Numbered from the stretch's first letter, positions 48,330 to 58,261 are shown. The stretch is 64,000 bases of DNA from Promethearchaeati archaeon (GCA_013166775.1 JABLTJ010000002.1:32001-96000); one strand, 5' to 3'. Notes: a model not told the origin generated them from the letters alone. Numbers and translations are program-made.

Positions 48330-49325
48330 TTATTGTGTATCTTCTCTACTTGGTTGTTGATCTAATAGAATTGCTATTTCAGGAATCTTGCTGAGAATTT
48401 CGTATTTGACTTGTCGAGGCATTTCCTTTGAAGGATCGCGTTCTTTTTCCTCAACAAAAGCATTTAGAATCTCTTCTGCGAGAGATTGTGCTTTGGATTC
48501 ACTATCATCTCGATCAACAAATAGAACTATACTCCATCCTCCCATCTTGCGGATAACCATCTTTACAACACCAAGTTTCACTACATCCATTACAGAATCA
48601 CTTTCAAAGATGGTTGAAGCCATGATATTAAGCGCACTAATCAACCCCCCAAGTAGAGTACTATCATGTTCTTCGACTGTTTGATCAAATGTATAATCAA
48701 ACGCTGGGACTCCTCCTTCTTGAAGTATTATGACCCTCTTTGGATTAACTTCTTCCCTTAGAGGTGTTCTTCCTGTCATTCTGGAGATTATCCAATCAAA
48801 AGCTGTGTAGAAATTTTCTCCAGTTTTTACACTGACTGGATAAATTGAAACAGAACGATTGATATCTTCCATAATTACTTGAAAAGCTGGATCTTGTAAC
48901 AAATCTGCAAAAGGAACAGCTTCAGCTATATCTGTTTTATTTGCCAAGAAAAGAATAGAAGTTTTTTGTGGTATCTTATCTAGTAAACTAAAAATATACT
49001 CAAAAGATACATCTACGTGTCTAGATGTTTGAGTATCTATAACAAAAACCACTCCATCTATTTCACCTAATATATCTTGGAAATAAGGACTTTCTCTTGC
49101 TGTTTCTTCATCTGCTTCAATAATTGTAAGAATGGACTTACCATAAGTTACATTTATAAAACAAGTTAGTTGTGTTGGTTGCGCGTCTGAAACAGTACCA
49201 TATATCAAACGATTTACAACACTTGATTTACCTGATTTCTCTAATCCTAATATAACTATCTGTGGTTTCTTTCCTTCTTTATTTAGTAGAAGTTTATCCC
49301 TAACGAAAGAAAGATAACTACTCAT
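48330..49325 (-). CDS. Arf-like GTPase with degenerate G3 and C-terminal longin-like domain
   Basis: G1 GLEKSGKS, G4 NKTD, G5 SVKTGEN; G3 replaced by EADEE; C-terminal ILQEGGVP...LLGGLISALN. Confidence 0.82.
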   Translation of the reverse strand: MSSYLSFVRDKLLLNKEGKKPQIVILGLEKSGKSSVVNRLIYGTVSDAQPTQLTCFINVTYGKSILTIIEADEETARESPYFQDILGEIDGVVFVIDTQTSRHVDVSFEYIFSLLDKIPQKTSILFLANKTDIAEAVPFADLLQDPAFQVIMEDINRSVSIYPVSVKTGENFYTAFDWIISRMTGRTPLREEVNPKRVIILQEGGVPAFDYTFDQTVEEHDSTLLGGLISALNIMASTIFESDSVMDVVKLGVVKMVIRKMGGWSIVLFVDRDDSESKAQSLAEEILNAFVEEKERDPSKEMPRQVKYEILSKIPEIAILLDQQPSREDTQ

Positions 49326-50329
49326 TATCTGCGTCCTCCTTCAACCTCAAGTGGAAACTTACTCTCTAATACTTCACTCAGATTCTTTTGAGCTTCTGTA
49401 GGATTTCGACTGAAATTCTCTAGAATTCTTAATTGAATCTGTTGTGCTCTAGTTACTGGATCAATTGGGTCTATCATAACAGATAAACAGTAAGCTCCAC
49501 GTTTAACATGACTAACATGTTTTTTATAGAGGCTTTCTAGTTTTACAGATTGAATACTTTCTTTTGACTCTATAGCAAAGAGTTTGGTTAATTCCTTGAG
49601 TTTCTTAAAATCATTTGCAACGAGAGCTTGCTCACTTGGTCTACCAAATAAAGCTTCAGAGATAATGTTTCCATCAATATCACTTAAAACTGCTGCACCA
49701 ATCTTGACTTTCCATTGCTGAGCGCCACAAAGCACATCTACAATCCAATCCCATGCGCTATAAACTCCTTGTCCAGTTAAAGCAGACACTTTTTTAATGT
49801 TGAATGGTCTTAAATTTCTGAGAAATTTATCTAATTCAAATGATTCATTAATTTCCGATAATTCCTTTGAATTAGGTAGGTCTCCCTTGTTTGCTAAGAA
49901 TAGTACTGGAGCACTTTGTTTTGCGAAATTTATATAATGCCAGAATGTTTGTTTTGATTCATCAAATCGAGCGTGATCAGCTGAATCTACTAAATAGATT
50001 ACTGCATCAGCTCTCTCAATAAATTTTTTCCATAAACTTAATCTAAATGGTTGATGTCCTCCTAAATCAAAACAAGTAAAATTTAAATCACGATATTGAT
50101 AATTTTCTAAATTGACCCCATAAGTAGGTCTTACAACTATATCATCTTGTTTTAGTAGTTTTTTAACCAAAGATGTTTTTCCTGCTCTTTCTAACCCTAG
50201 CAGAGCAACACTAAATTTATTCCTTCCTACAACTGATTCTTGGCTAGTTTCTACCTTCGTTGGTTGTTCTTGTTGCTCTCTTCTCTTCTTTTCTTCCATT
50301 ATACGTTTTCGAAATTCATAGAAAGACAT
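49325..50329 (-). CDS. Arf/Sar1-like small GTPase with C-terminal longin/roadblock-like domain
   Basis: G1 GLERAGKT, G2 PTYG, G3 FDLGGH, G4 NKGD, G5 SALTG; C-terminal VLSDIDGNII. Confidence 0.9.
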   Translation of the reverse strand: MSFYEFRKRIMEEKKRREQQEQPTKVETSQESVVGRNKFSVALLGLERAGKTSLVKKLLKQDDIVVRPTYGVNLENYQYRDLNFTCFDLGGHQPFRLSLWKKFIERADAVIYLVDSADHARFDESKQTFWHYINFAKQSAPVLFLANKGDLPNSKELSEINESFELDKFLRNLRPFNIKKVSALTGQGVYSAWDWIVDVLCGAQQWKVKIGAAVLSDIDGNIISEALFGRPSEQALVANDFKKLKELTKLFAIESKESIQSVKLESLYKKHVSHVKRGAYCLSVMIDPIDPVTRAQQIQLRILENFSRNPTEAQKNLSEVLESKFPLEVEGGRR

Positions 50330-50510
50330 TCATTCACCTTAATTATCTGCAAGAGTGAGTTTTTTTCTCAGATACCTAATCAGAATTTAGTATCTTAACA
50401 TAGTAATTTAATGTTTCGCTAACTGTAATTTAGTCTAGATAACTAGAACGATTCACGCTTCATTCCATTCTATTTAAACATTAAGATAGTAAAAGCTACG
50501 CTTTCTAATC

Positions 50511-51332
50511 CTAACCTATCCATCTCAAGAAAAAGAACAGTATTGTGATAATTCCAAGTAACAAACACACAATAGCAAAATTATATTTTCTAGCTATAAG
50601 TAGAAAGAGTTCCATTGTCAAATAACCTACAATTGCTGTAATGATAATAGCAATTAATAATTGCCACCACACAAGAGGAAAAACATTACCTCCTTCTATC
50701 ATGATGACAATAAGATTTAGAAAAAAACCTCCCAAAACAGCAGGAATGCTCATGATAAAGCTCCCCTTAATGCTATCTTCTTTTTCCACTGACATGAACA
50801 ATAATCCGCTCATTGTTATACCAGATCTGCTAATACCAGGAATTATGGAAAAACCTTGTAACAGTCCACTGATAGTCATCTCTTTCTTAGAAGTATTCTC
50901 TATCAGTTTTCCTTCTCTATCTTGTCTTTTAGCGTAGTATAGAAGAGCAGCTGTAATTAACAAGGATATTCCAATGATGAGCATAAAATATTCTCCAATT
51001 TGAGAATTGGAACCTAGATGTCGTACCAAGAAATAACAAGGCACACCTGTGATTATTGTGCCTAGAGTACTTAAGAGAATAAACCATCTCCATTTTCTTA
51101 TTGTTTCTTCTTTAACTTGTGGATTAATGTATTGATATATTTCTTTTCGAAACTTTACTACTACAGCAATTAATGTTCCTAAATGCAGCCATAAAGATAT
51201 TTCTAGAGCTTCTTCAGGAGTAATTCCTAGAAAACCTGTTAATAGAGTTATAGTTTGCCCTTCTGAACTTACTGGTAACCATTCCAGAACTCCTTGAAGA
51301 AACGCAAAAGCAATAATAATCCATAGAAGCAT
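50511..51332 (-). CDS. uppP: Undecaprenyl-diphosphate phosphatase (BacA/UppP family)
   Basis: QGVLEWLPVSSEG, HLGTL, PGISRSG.T, SFIMSIPA. Confidence 0.92.
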   Translation of the reverse strand: MLLWIIIAFAFLQGVLEWLPVSSEGQTITLLTGFLGITPEEALEISLWLHLGTLIAVVVKFRKEIYQYINPQVKEETIRKWRWFILLSTLGTIITGVPCYFLVRHLGSNSQIGEYFMLIIGISLLITAALLYYAKRQDREGKLIENTSKKEMTISGLLQGFSIIPGISRSGITMSGLLFMSVEKEDSIKGSFIMSIPAVLGGFFLNLIVIMIEGGNVFPLVWWQLLIAIIITAIVGYLTMELFLLIARKYNFAIVCLLLGIITILFFFLRWIG

Positions 51333-51390
51333 CTGTTATTCCTTAAATTGACTATTGTATAAAAAATTATGTAAAAGAGCTTTAGTATTG

Positions 51391-51828
51391 CTATTCTTCA
51401 CTAATTCTCCGGCGAATGTAATTTTCTAGTTTTTCCCCAGCTGGAACTATTTCTATGTCTTCAATTAATTTGTTCTCAATATCACTACCTTCTATCAACA
51501 GAATCCAACCTTCTCCATAGGCATCAGTGTTGATTAAATCAGGTGTTTTTCTTAGTTGATCATTTTTCTCTATAATTATACCAGCAATAGGAGCTCGAAT
51601 TTGTCCAACCCATTTTCCACTTTCATAGGTCCCAATTATCTGGTTTTTTTTCACTCTCTGTCCCTCTTTCATCGTTCGAACAAATTCAATTTTTCCTGCT
51701 CTTTTTGAAGCATAATCGTCTATCCCCAACTGAATGATACTTTCAGATTTTCTTCTAATCCATACATGACCTGGATCTCTTAGAATGTAAAACAAATCAT
51801 CTGGGAAATCGTATTGTTCAATTTTCAT
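51391..51828 (-). CDS. Glycine cleavage H-like lipoyl-carrier protein (LbpA-type motif)
   Basis: HVW, LGIDDYA, ESGKWVGQIRAPIAG, LIN.DAYGEGWI. Confidence 0.88.
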   Translation of the reverse strand: MKIEQYDFPDDLFYILRDPGHVWIRRKSESIIQLGIDDYASKRAGKIEFVRTMKEGQRVKKNQIIGTYESGKWVGQIRAPIAGIIIEKNDQLRKTPDLINTDAYGEGWILLIEGSDIENKLIEDIEIVPAGEKLENYIRRRISEE

Positions 51829-53237
51829 AACATAAACCTACTTGCTAATTTTAACGCTGTTTTTAAACTAATTACTGGGAACAATTTAAATCTTGGTGGG
51901 ATTACTTTCCCAGGATTACTTATTCCTTTTGGGTCAACTATCTTTTTGAATTCTTTATACTTCTTGTATCGTTCTTTTCCAAAAATAGCTTGATAATATC
52001 CTGAAAACCATAGTCCAGTAGTGTATGGATATCCTTTAACTTTTATCCCTTTGAGTACGTTTTTATACAAATCCAGATTGACTCGAAGCTTCTTAAATGG
52101 ACCTAGTTTTTCTTCGAAATATAGAAACATTAGAAGCGAATAATGAGTTTTACCAATCATTTCTCCCTCAAGATGAATTTGTCCATCAATCTTTGAAGAT
52201 AATTTCTGCAGATATTTGCTACTTGTTTCTATGGGAAGAATTATTTCATTAGTAAGGTAATCCTTATACTCTTTTAACATTGCAAACGTCTTAAAACGAA
52301 TATTCCATATATTGATAATGTATCTCCTGTCTAAAATTTGCCCTCCTGCATTTCTTACTGTTTGGTTGAAGCTGAGATTAAATTCGTTTTCTTCTTCTTC
52401 ATAGCTAATTTCTTTTGAAACAATAATAACATATCTTTCAGGAAGCGAATATCCAAAAGACTGGTTAATCTCTTCAACATGTTTTGGATTAAAGAACCAT
52501 ATAGAATAAGGATCGATTTCGGAAATTTCTTTCAATCCCTTAGCTAATTGTAGTGGTGAATCAAAGGTGCATCCGAACTGTTTTAGAGGAATATCAAATT
52601 TAATTTTTAATTGTATTCTTGTAATTAATCCCAAAGTTCCATTTGAACCAACAAAAAGTTCTAAATCCTCTTTTTCAGTGATCTTCTTTATTTCTCCTGT
52701 TGGTAATACCACATCCAAAGCTAAAATTTGATCTAAAGCTCCTCCATATTTAGCACTACCCACACCATAACCACCATGAGCAATCCAACCGCCAATTGTA
52801 GCAGAATGAAAGCTTGAAGGATATGAGCAAAGAGAGAATCCTTGGAGATTTAGCTTTCTTTGCAGCTCTGAAATCACTGTTGCAGGACTAACTAAAACGG
52901 ATTGATCAAAGGGTTCAATCAACAGCTCACTTTCTAAACCTTTAACGTCGACAATTATACCCCTTTTGTAGGTGACACATCCACCAAAACCTGCTGTTCC
53001 ACCACTTCTTGGAGTGACAGGTACCTTATTTTCCGTCGCAAGCTCGTAGAGCTTTTTCACTTCTTCAGTAGTAGATGGAAGTACTACTGCATCAGCTGTA
53101 TTATTGTAGAATAGCCTTGTGATTGGTGGTAAATCTGCTAAATCTCTAGAATAAATTCGAATAGTCGTTTCATCATCTCTAAAACCTTTTCCTAAGTGTC
53201 GCACGAATTTAGTACGAACTTTATTTTTCAAGGTCAT
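51825..53237 (-). CDS. FAD-binding oxidoreductase (GlcD/Dld family)
   Basis: PVTPRSGGT, ATIGGWIA, GSNGTLGLIT, VDPKGISNPGK. Confidence 0.9.
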   Translation of the reverse strand: MTLKNKVRTKFVRHLGKGFRDDETTIRIYSRDLADLPPITRLFYNNTADAVVLPSTTEEVKKLYELATENKVPVTPRSGGTAGFGGCVTYKRGIIVDVKGLESELLIEPFDQSVLVSPATVISELQRKLNLQGFSLCSYPSSFHSATIGGWIAHGGYGVGSAKYGGALDQILALDVVLPTGEIKKITEKEDLELFVGSNGTLGLITRIQLKIKFDIPLKQFGCTFDSPLQLAKGLKEISEIDPYSIWFFNPKHVEEINQSFGYSLPERYVIIVSKEISYEEEENEFNLSFNQTVRNAGGQILDRRYIINIWNIRFKTFAMLKEYKDYLTNEIILPIETSSKYLQKLSSKIDGQIHLEGEMIGKTHYSLLMFLYFEEKLGPFKKLRVNLDLYKNVLKGIKVKGYPYTTGLWFSGYYQAIFGKERYKKYKEFKKIVDPKGISNPGKVIPPRFKLFPVISLKTALKLASRFML

Positions 53238-54430
53238 TTTTTACCCTCCACCATTCGACTGACCAATTCAGCTATATCAATTACTTCAACATCCATTTCT
53301 CTTTGTTTAATTCCTTGTTGAATAGTATCTAAACAAGTTGGACACCCATTAACAACAATGTTAGCTTCTGAATATTGAATTTCAGATATTAGGTGGGAAT
53401 TGACTTGTCCAACTAATTCTTCATCATTTAGTTTTAGTAAACCACCTCCTCCACAACAAAGTGATTCTTCCCTATTAGATGGTAGTTCTTCATATCTGAC
53501 ATTAGGAATGTTTTTGATTACTTCCCTTGGAGCATCACTTAATCCACAATGTCTCACTAGTTCACATGGATCTTTGAATGTTATTTTTTCTTTAATTGGA
53601 TTAATTACTTTCAGTTTCTTTTCTTCGAAAAGTTCATTTGCTAATTCAGAAATATGAACTACTTCGATATCCCACTCTTCACCCAAGACTCTGGGGTAAA
53701 CTATTTTGAAAGCTCTATAACATCCTGCACAAGCTGTAACTACTTTCTTAACACCAAGTTTCTTGAATTGATCTAAGTTATGTTTTGCGAAAGTCTTCCC
53801 AACGGAAAAACCACCAGCTAAGAAAATTGGAGAACCACAACACCTTTCTTCAGTTCCTAAGATAGTGAAGTTTAATTTTGCTTTTCTAAGAATCTTAACA
53901 ACGCTTTCTGCTATACTTCCCATTTTACCAGAATATGAGGCTTGACATCCCACGAAATACGCTAAAGGTGCTTTCTTTTGCGTTCGTCTAGACATATTCA
54001 TACCACTTAATGCTGCCCAAGAAACTCTTTCTTCAGTAGGTAGCCCAAAAATATTAAAGAAATCTTTTACTCTGTTATAGAGAGATAAGAGTTTGGGATT
54101 CCATCTTCCTCTTTTGAATGCTTCTTGTCTTATCTGTTCCCAAACTTTCAACAAAGGAAGATCAACAATACAGATGTCTTCACAAGCACGACATGCAGTA
54201 CAAAGGAATACGCTTTCAAATAGCTGTTTAGAGACGTCGTTTCTCAACTTGTCCTTTATTTCTTCTGAATAATATAGTTTAATCTGATCCAAAATCCCTC
54301 TTGGATGATTAACCTCCCATTTAAGTTCCTTATAGGTCGGACATAATGAACAATAACCACAATATACACATTTTTGTGCTACATCCAATACATCTACTTG
54401 CCAACCTTGTAGAGAACTCATCTGCAACAA
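53234..54430 (-). CDS. Fe-S oxidoreductase with CCG domains (GlcF/HdrD-like)
   Basis: CVYCGYC..CP, CTACRACEDIC, ERCCG, ACAGC, DPCEL, CCGGGG, GCPTC. Confidence 0.92.
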   Translation of the reverse strand: MLQMSSLQGWQVDVLDVAQKCVYCGYCSLCPTYKELKWEVNHPRGILDQIKLYYSEEIKDKLRNDVSKQLFESVFLCTACRACEDICIVDLPLLKVWEQIRQEAFKRGRWNPKLLSLYNRVKDFFNIFGLPTEERVSWAALSGMNMSRRTQKKAPLAYFVGCQASYSGKMGSIAESVVKILRKAKLNFTILGTEERCCGSPIFLAGGFSVGKTFAKHNLDQFKKLGVKKVVTACAGCYRAFKIVYPRVLGEEWDIEVVHISELANELFEEKKLKVINPIKEKITFKDPCELVRHCGLSDAPREVIKNIPNVRYEELPSNREESLCCGGGGLLKLNDEELVGQVNSHLISEIQYSEANIVVNGCPTCLDTIQQGIKQREMDVEVIDIAELVSRMVEGKK

Positions 54431-54515
54431 ATAAATGATATTTATATCTCTTTTAATTTCTTGTGGTAAGTTTAATCAAAATTGCATAAACAAATGTCAA
54501 GGGATTTATGACCAA

Positions 54516-55073
54516 TTAAGGCTTATAACGGTTAAAAACGAAGAAATGGAGTTTCTTCTTTATTTTTGATGCAACAACGAAATTCTTTCTAACAGTTGTT
54601 GCAAGTCTTCCTGCTCTCACGAGTTCAATAGGATTTATTTTTCCCTCTTGTTCTATGATTTGTACCATATATGGACTATGTTCCAAACCAGGACCTTTAA
54701 TATATACAGCAAAGTCCACACCGAATTTCAATCCAGGTCTAACAATATAACCTAGGTTCCTTAAATACCTGTAGACGTACATTTTATTTTCAAAATTCAT
54801 ATATTGCTTGTTGCATCTTTCCATGAACACTTTCTTTGTTACTTTTTCTTCCTTTTCGTCAAGTATTGTTAATTTCTTATTCTCAAGAAGATAAAGGCCT
54901 TCAAAGTAAGAAATCTCAGATGGATCTCTGAATTCATCACCAAGGTTGGGTTTTCTTACTCCTATGGGTTTTCCATAGAAACCTGCAGAATAAAGTTCAA
55001 TGCCTTCTTTTATATTCCACACTATCAATCTATTGCCTATCATCTGTGCGGTATATTTTGAAGTCATTTTCAT
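54516..55073 (-). CDS. endA: tRNA-splicing (intron) endonuclease, catalytic subunit
   Basis: GLKFGVDFAVY, EHSPY, RLATTVRK (Tyr/His/Lys triad). Confidence 0.94.
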   Translation of the reverse strand: MKMTSKYTAQMIGNRLIVWNIKEGIELYSAGFYGKPIGVRKPNLGDEFRDPSEISYFEGLYLLENKKLTILDEKEEKVTKKVFMERCNKQYMNFENKMYVYRYLRNLGYIVRPGLKFGVDFAVYIKGPGLEHSPYMVQIIEQEGKINPIELVRAGRLATTVRKNFVVASKIKKKLHFFVFNRYKP

Positions 55074-55189
55074 TCTAATCCGTGAATAATTATATAAATA
55101 ACTTGAGATTGTTAAGAATTTGTATATTTCTATCTGTTTCTGGTTAATACTTTAGATATAATTTTATAGATGTTAATTGTAAATTAATA

Positions 55190-56605
55190 TTGAATTATAT
55201 GATTATCTCAACAGGGATAAACGAATTAGATAAAATGATAGATGGAGGGTTAAGAACAAGTTACTGTTATGCAATTAAAGGAACAGCAGGTGCAGGAAAA
55301 ACTGTTCTCTCATTGTTTATTACACACGGTGCATTGCAAAAAGATATACCAGTTTTATTTATTTCCACAGAAGTCGAGTCTGATAAAATAGTCGAATACG
55401 GAAAATCCTTTGGAATGGATTTACAATCCTTCATAAAAAGTGGTCAATTAAGCGTAGAAAAAATGACACTAAAACCCCAAGGAGTCAATCTTGTTCAAAC
55501 TGAAAGATTTGACCTTTCAGGAATAATAGCTAGAACTAAAGCAAAATTACAAAAAATCAATGCTAAATTAGTTATTTTTGATTCTATCACTGCATTCTTT
55601 GCTGAGTTTCAATATGAGAAAACTGCAAGAAGCAATTTTATGGATTTTATTAGGGAAATCACAAATGAAGATACAGTACTTATATTCACAGCTGAATCAC
55701 AAGTTGCTGAAGAATATGCTACTCTTGAAGAATTTTTAGTAGATGGTGTAATTAAAATCAGAACTGAACTTAAGAATAATCAACTTATCAAAAAAATATC
55801 TGTCCCCAAACTCAGATCTGCTCAACCAACTCATTTTGAAAATAGATTTATTATAGATAAAAAAGGTGTAACCATTTTCCGTTCAGAACATCCTCCAATA
55901 TCATTAATTGAAGAAGAGAAAACAGGAATAGGAAGACTAGATGAATTATTAGGAGGAGGTATCCCAACTGGGAGTGTCATCCTTATTGAGGTGGATGGAG
56001 AAACAAATTACTTCCCCTTATTCTTAACTTCTATGTATCATCATCTAAGTGAAAATAAAGGAGTTATTATTCATTCCAATGTTCACATGTATTCTTCCAA
56101 AATCGTGGAGGAGTTTAAAAGATCGAAAAGTGATATTACTTCCCATCTTAATGAAGGGAATGTAGTTTTCATTGACAAATATAATCGCTCGGTTACAGCA
56201 GTAGAAGCAAGAGAAATGAGTCAATTAATGACAACTGATGATATGATCTCAGTGACAGTTGAATTAATGGAAGCATTTGCACAAGCAAAACAAAAAGTTG
56301 TTTTATTTGGTGATTTAACAGATGATGCAAACATCCTATCTGAATCTGATTTCCTACGTTATTTTGCTCTCCAATCTTTCAACATCAAAGAAAGAAGAGC
56401 AATTGCTTATTCGTTTATCAACTTTAATGCAATAAGTAGGGAAATTCTTGCTAGATTGCGAACCACAGCTGACATAATCATTAGATTCTCTAGAGTAGAG
56501 TATAATCATTATATAGAATGTTTGAAGAGCTCAACAGGTGCTACATTCTTACCTAAGATCGTAAAATTCAACGATACAGTCCCGCTAATTGAAATTATTG
56601 GTTAG
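55190..56605 (+). CDS. KaiC-like two-domain RecA-superfamily ATPase (second domain degenerate)
   Basis: STGINELDKMIDGG, GTAGAGKT, VIFDS, EEFLVDGVI, KLR; second repeat TGIGRLDELLGGGIP lacks Walker A. Confidence 0.88.
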   Translation: MNYMIISTGINELDKMIDGGLRTSYCYAIKGTAGAGKTVLSLFITHGALQKDIPVLFISTEVESDKIVEYGKSFGMDLQSFIKSGQLSVEKMTLKPQGVNLVQTERFDLSGIIARTKAKLQKINAKLVIFDSITAFFAEFQYEKTARSNFMDFIREITNEDTVLIFTAESQVAEEYATLEEFLVDGVIKIRTELKNNQLIKKISVPKLRSAQPTHFENRFIIDKKGVTIFRSEHPPISLIEEEKTGIGRLDELLGGGIPTGSVILIEVDGETNYFPLFLTSMYHHLSENKGVIIHSNVHMYSSKIVEEFKRSKSDITSHLNEGNVVFIDKYNRSVTAVEAREMSQLMTTDDMISVTVELMEAFAQAKQKVVLFGDLTDDANILSESDFLRYFALQSFNIKERRAIAYSFINFNAISREILARLRTTADIIIRFSRVEYNHYIECLKSSTGATFLPKIVKFNDTVPLIEIIG

Positions 56606-56614
56606 GTAGATAAA

Positions 56615-56881
56615 ATGGAACTAAAAGTAATGTTCTTCACAAGTCCAACATGTGGTTGGTGTCCATTTGTTGAAGGAATATTAAAGAAAATAATCGATGA
56701 AGTAAGCCATCTGACTTTGGAGATTATTGATATTTCTAAAGAAGTAGATAAAGCTGAAGAATATGAAATAGTTGCCATACCAACTATCATTCTTCCAAAT
56801 AACCAAAGAATTATTGGAGGAGCTGACGAAGCTTTTATTCGAGAACAACTAAATTTCTTTGTGTTTATGGGACAAAGTTAA
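56615..56881 (+). CDS. Thioredoxin/glutaredoxin-like protein (CGWC)
   Basis: FTSPTCGWCP, EIIDI...AEEYEIVAIPT. Confidence 0.88.
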   Translation: MELKVMFFTSPTCGWCPFVEGILKKIIDEVSHLTLEIIDISKEVDKAEEYEIVAIPTIILPNNQRIIGGADEAFIREQLNFFVFMGQS

Positions 56882-56905
56882 AAAAATCTGCAACTTACTT
56901 CCTTT

Positions 56906-58261
56906 ATGAATAATTCCGATGAAGTGCTAGAGAAACTACTTGGAAAGAGCTTCACTCAAAATACAATTTTACACAGAATTAAAGACTTATGTCTTTTGGG
57001 AAGTAGATTTTCAGGTACAGAGAGTGAGAAAAATGCTCAACAGTATATGATTGATTTTCTTTCTGAATTGAATGTTAGTAAACAGGAGTATGAATTCGAA
57101 TACCAAGGTTGGTGGAGAGGAGCGTGTAATTTCTATATAAGAACTGATGCGAAAAGAGAATTTCCTGCTATTTCTTTAGTTCTAGCACCTTCAACTCCAG
57201 ATGAAGGAACTAAAGGAAGAATCATAGATTGTGGAGGAGGGTCGGTAACAGAAATGAACCGATTGAAGGAAATTATACCTGGAAATATCGCAATGGTTCA
57301 TTCTGGGAATACTGAGGAAGGTTGGTTGCATAGAAGGATAAAATATGCAAATGCGTACAAGTTCGGTGCGAGTGGATTCATATTTGCAAATCATAATCCA
57401 GGTCAATTATTTCCAACTGGAAGTGTTAGATCAAATCGAATAGGTGAGATACCAGCAATTGGAATATCAAAAGAATCTTACGAATACATAAAAGAAATGA
57501 TGAATAGATATGAAGATGTAACAGGAAAAATAACAGTTTACAACAATTATGAAAATACAACTTCTAAACATATTATTTGGGAAATACCAGGAGTACAAAA
57601 GGACGAAGTAATTATTATTGGTGGTCACTATGATGGTCATGATATTGCTCAAGGAGCAACAGATAATGCTGCGTCTATAGCTGTTTTATTAGAACTAACA
57701 AAATTGATGGTTGAGAATAATTATGTTCCTTATAGGACAATTCGATTTATTGCCTTTGCAGTAGAAGAATTCGGTGTAGTGGGTTCGAACATTCTTGTCA
57801 ATGATAAAGGAGTGAAAAACATTGTTGCTATGATTAATTTCGATGGTTTAGTAGGTCACATCCCCAAGCATATTGCTTGTAATGGATATGAGGAACTGTA
57901 CAAAGCAATGTTGAAATTAAAAGAGGAATTACTCTATGAGCCAAAAATTTCAAAGAGTATTATTACAGCAAGCGATAATTTTCCATATATGTGCAAAGGA
58001 ATACCAAATTTCTGTGTATATGGAGAGAAACCTGACCCAAGAGCTGGAAGAGGATATGGTCATACATCTGCAGACACCTTTGATAAGATTTCCAAAGTAG
58101 ATGCGAAACTGTCACTAGCTTTTGCATTAGTATTCATTGATAAATTTAGTAAGTTAGCTGAATTACCAAAGAGATTATCAGATTCCGAAGTAGTGAAAAT
58201 ACTTAGAGATGCTAAATTGGAAGAGAATCTGAAATTACTAGAAAAATGGCCTTTCAAGTAA
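56906..58261 (+). CDS. M28 family aminopeptidase with PA domain
   Basis: GGHYD, GATDNAAS, EEFG, NFD, SDN.PY, HTSADTFDKI. Confidence 0.92.
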   Translation: MNNSDEVLEKLLGKSFTQNTILHRIKDLCLLGSRFSGTESEKNAQQYMIDFLSELNVSKQEYEFEYQGWWRGACNFYIRTDAKREFPAISLVLAPSTPDEGTKGRIIDCGGGSVTEMNRLKEIIPGNIAMVHSGNTEEGWLHRRIKYANAYKFGASGFIFANHNPGQLFPTGSVRSNRIGEIPAIGISKESYEYIKEMMNRYEDVTGKITVYNNYENTTSKHIIWEIPGVQKDEVIIIGGHYDGHDIAQGATDNAASIAVLLELTKLMVENNYVPYRTIRFIAFAVEEFGVVGSNILVNDKGVKNIVAMINFDGLVGHIPKHIACNGYEELYKAMLKLKEELLYEPKISKSIITASDNFPYMCKGIPNFCVYGEKPDPRAGRGYGHTSADTFDKISKVDAKLSLAFALVFIDKFSKLAELPKRLSDSEVVKILRDAKLEENLKLLEKWPFK

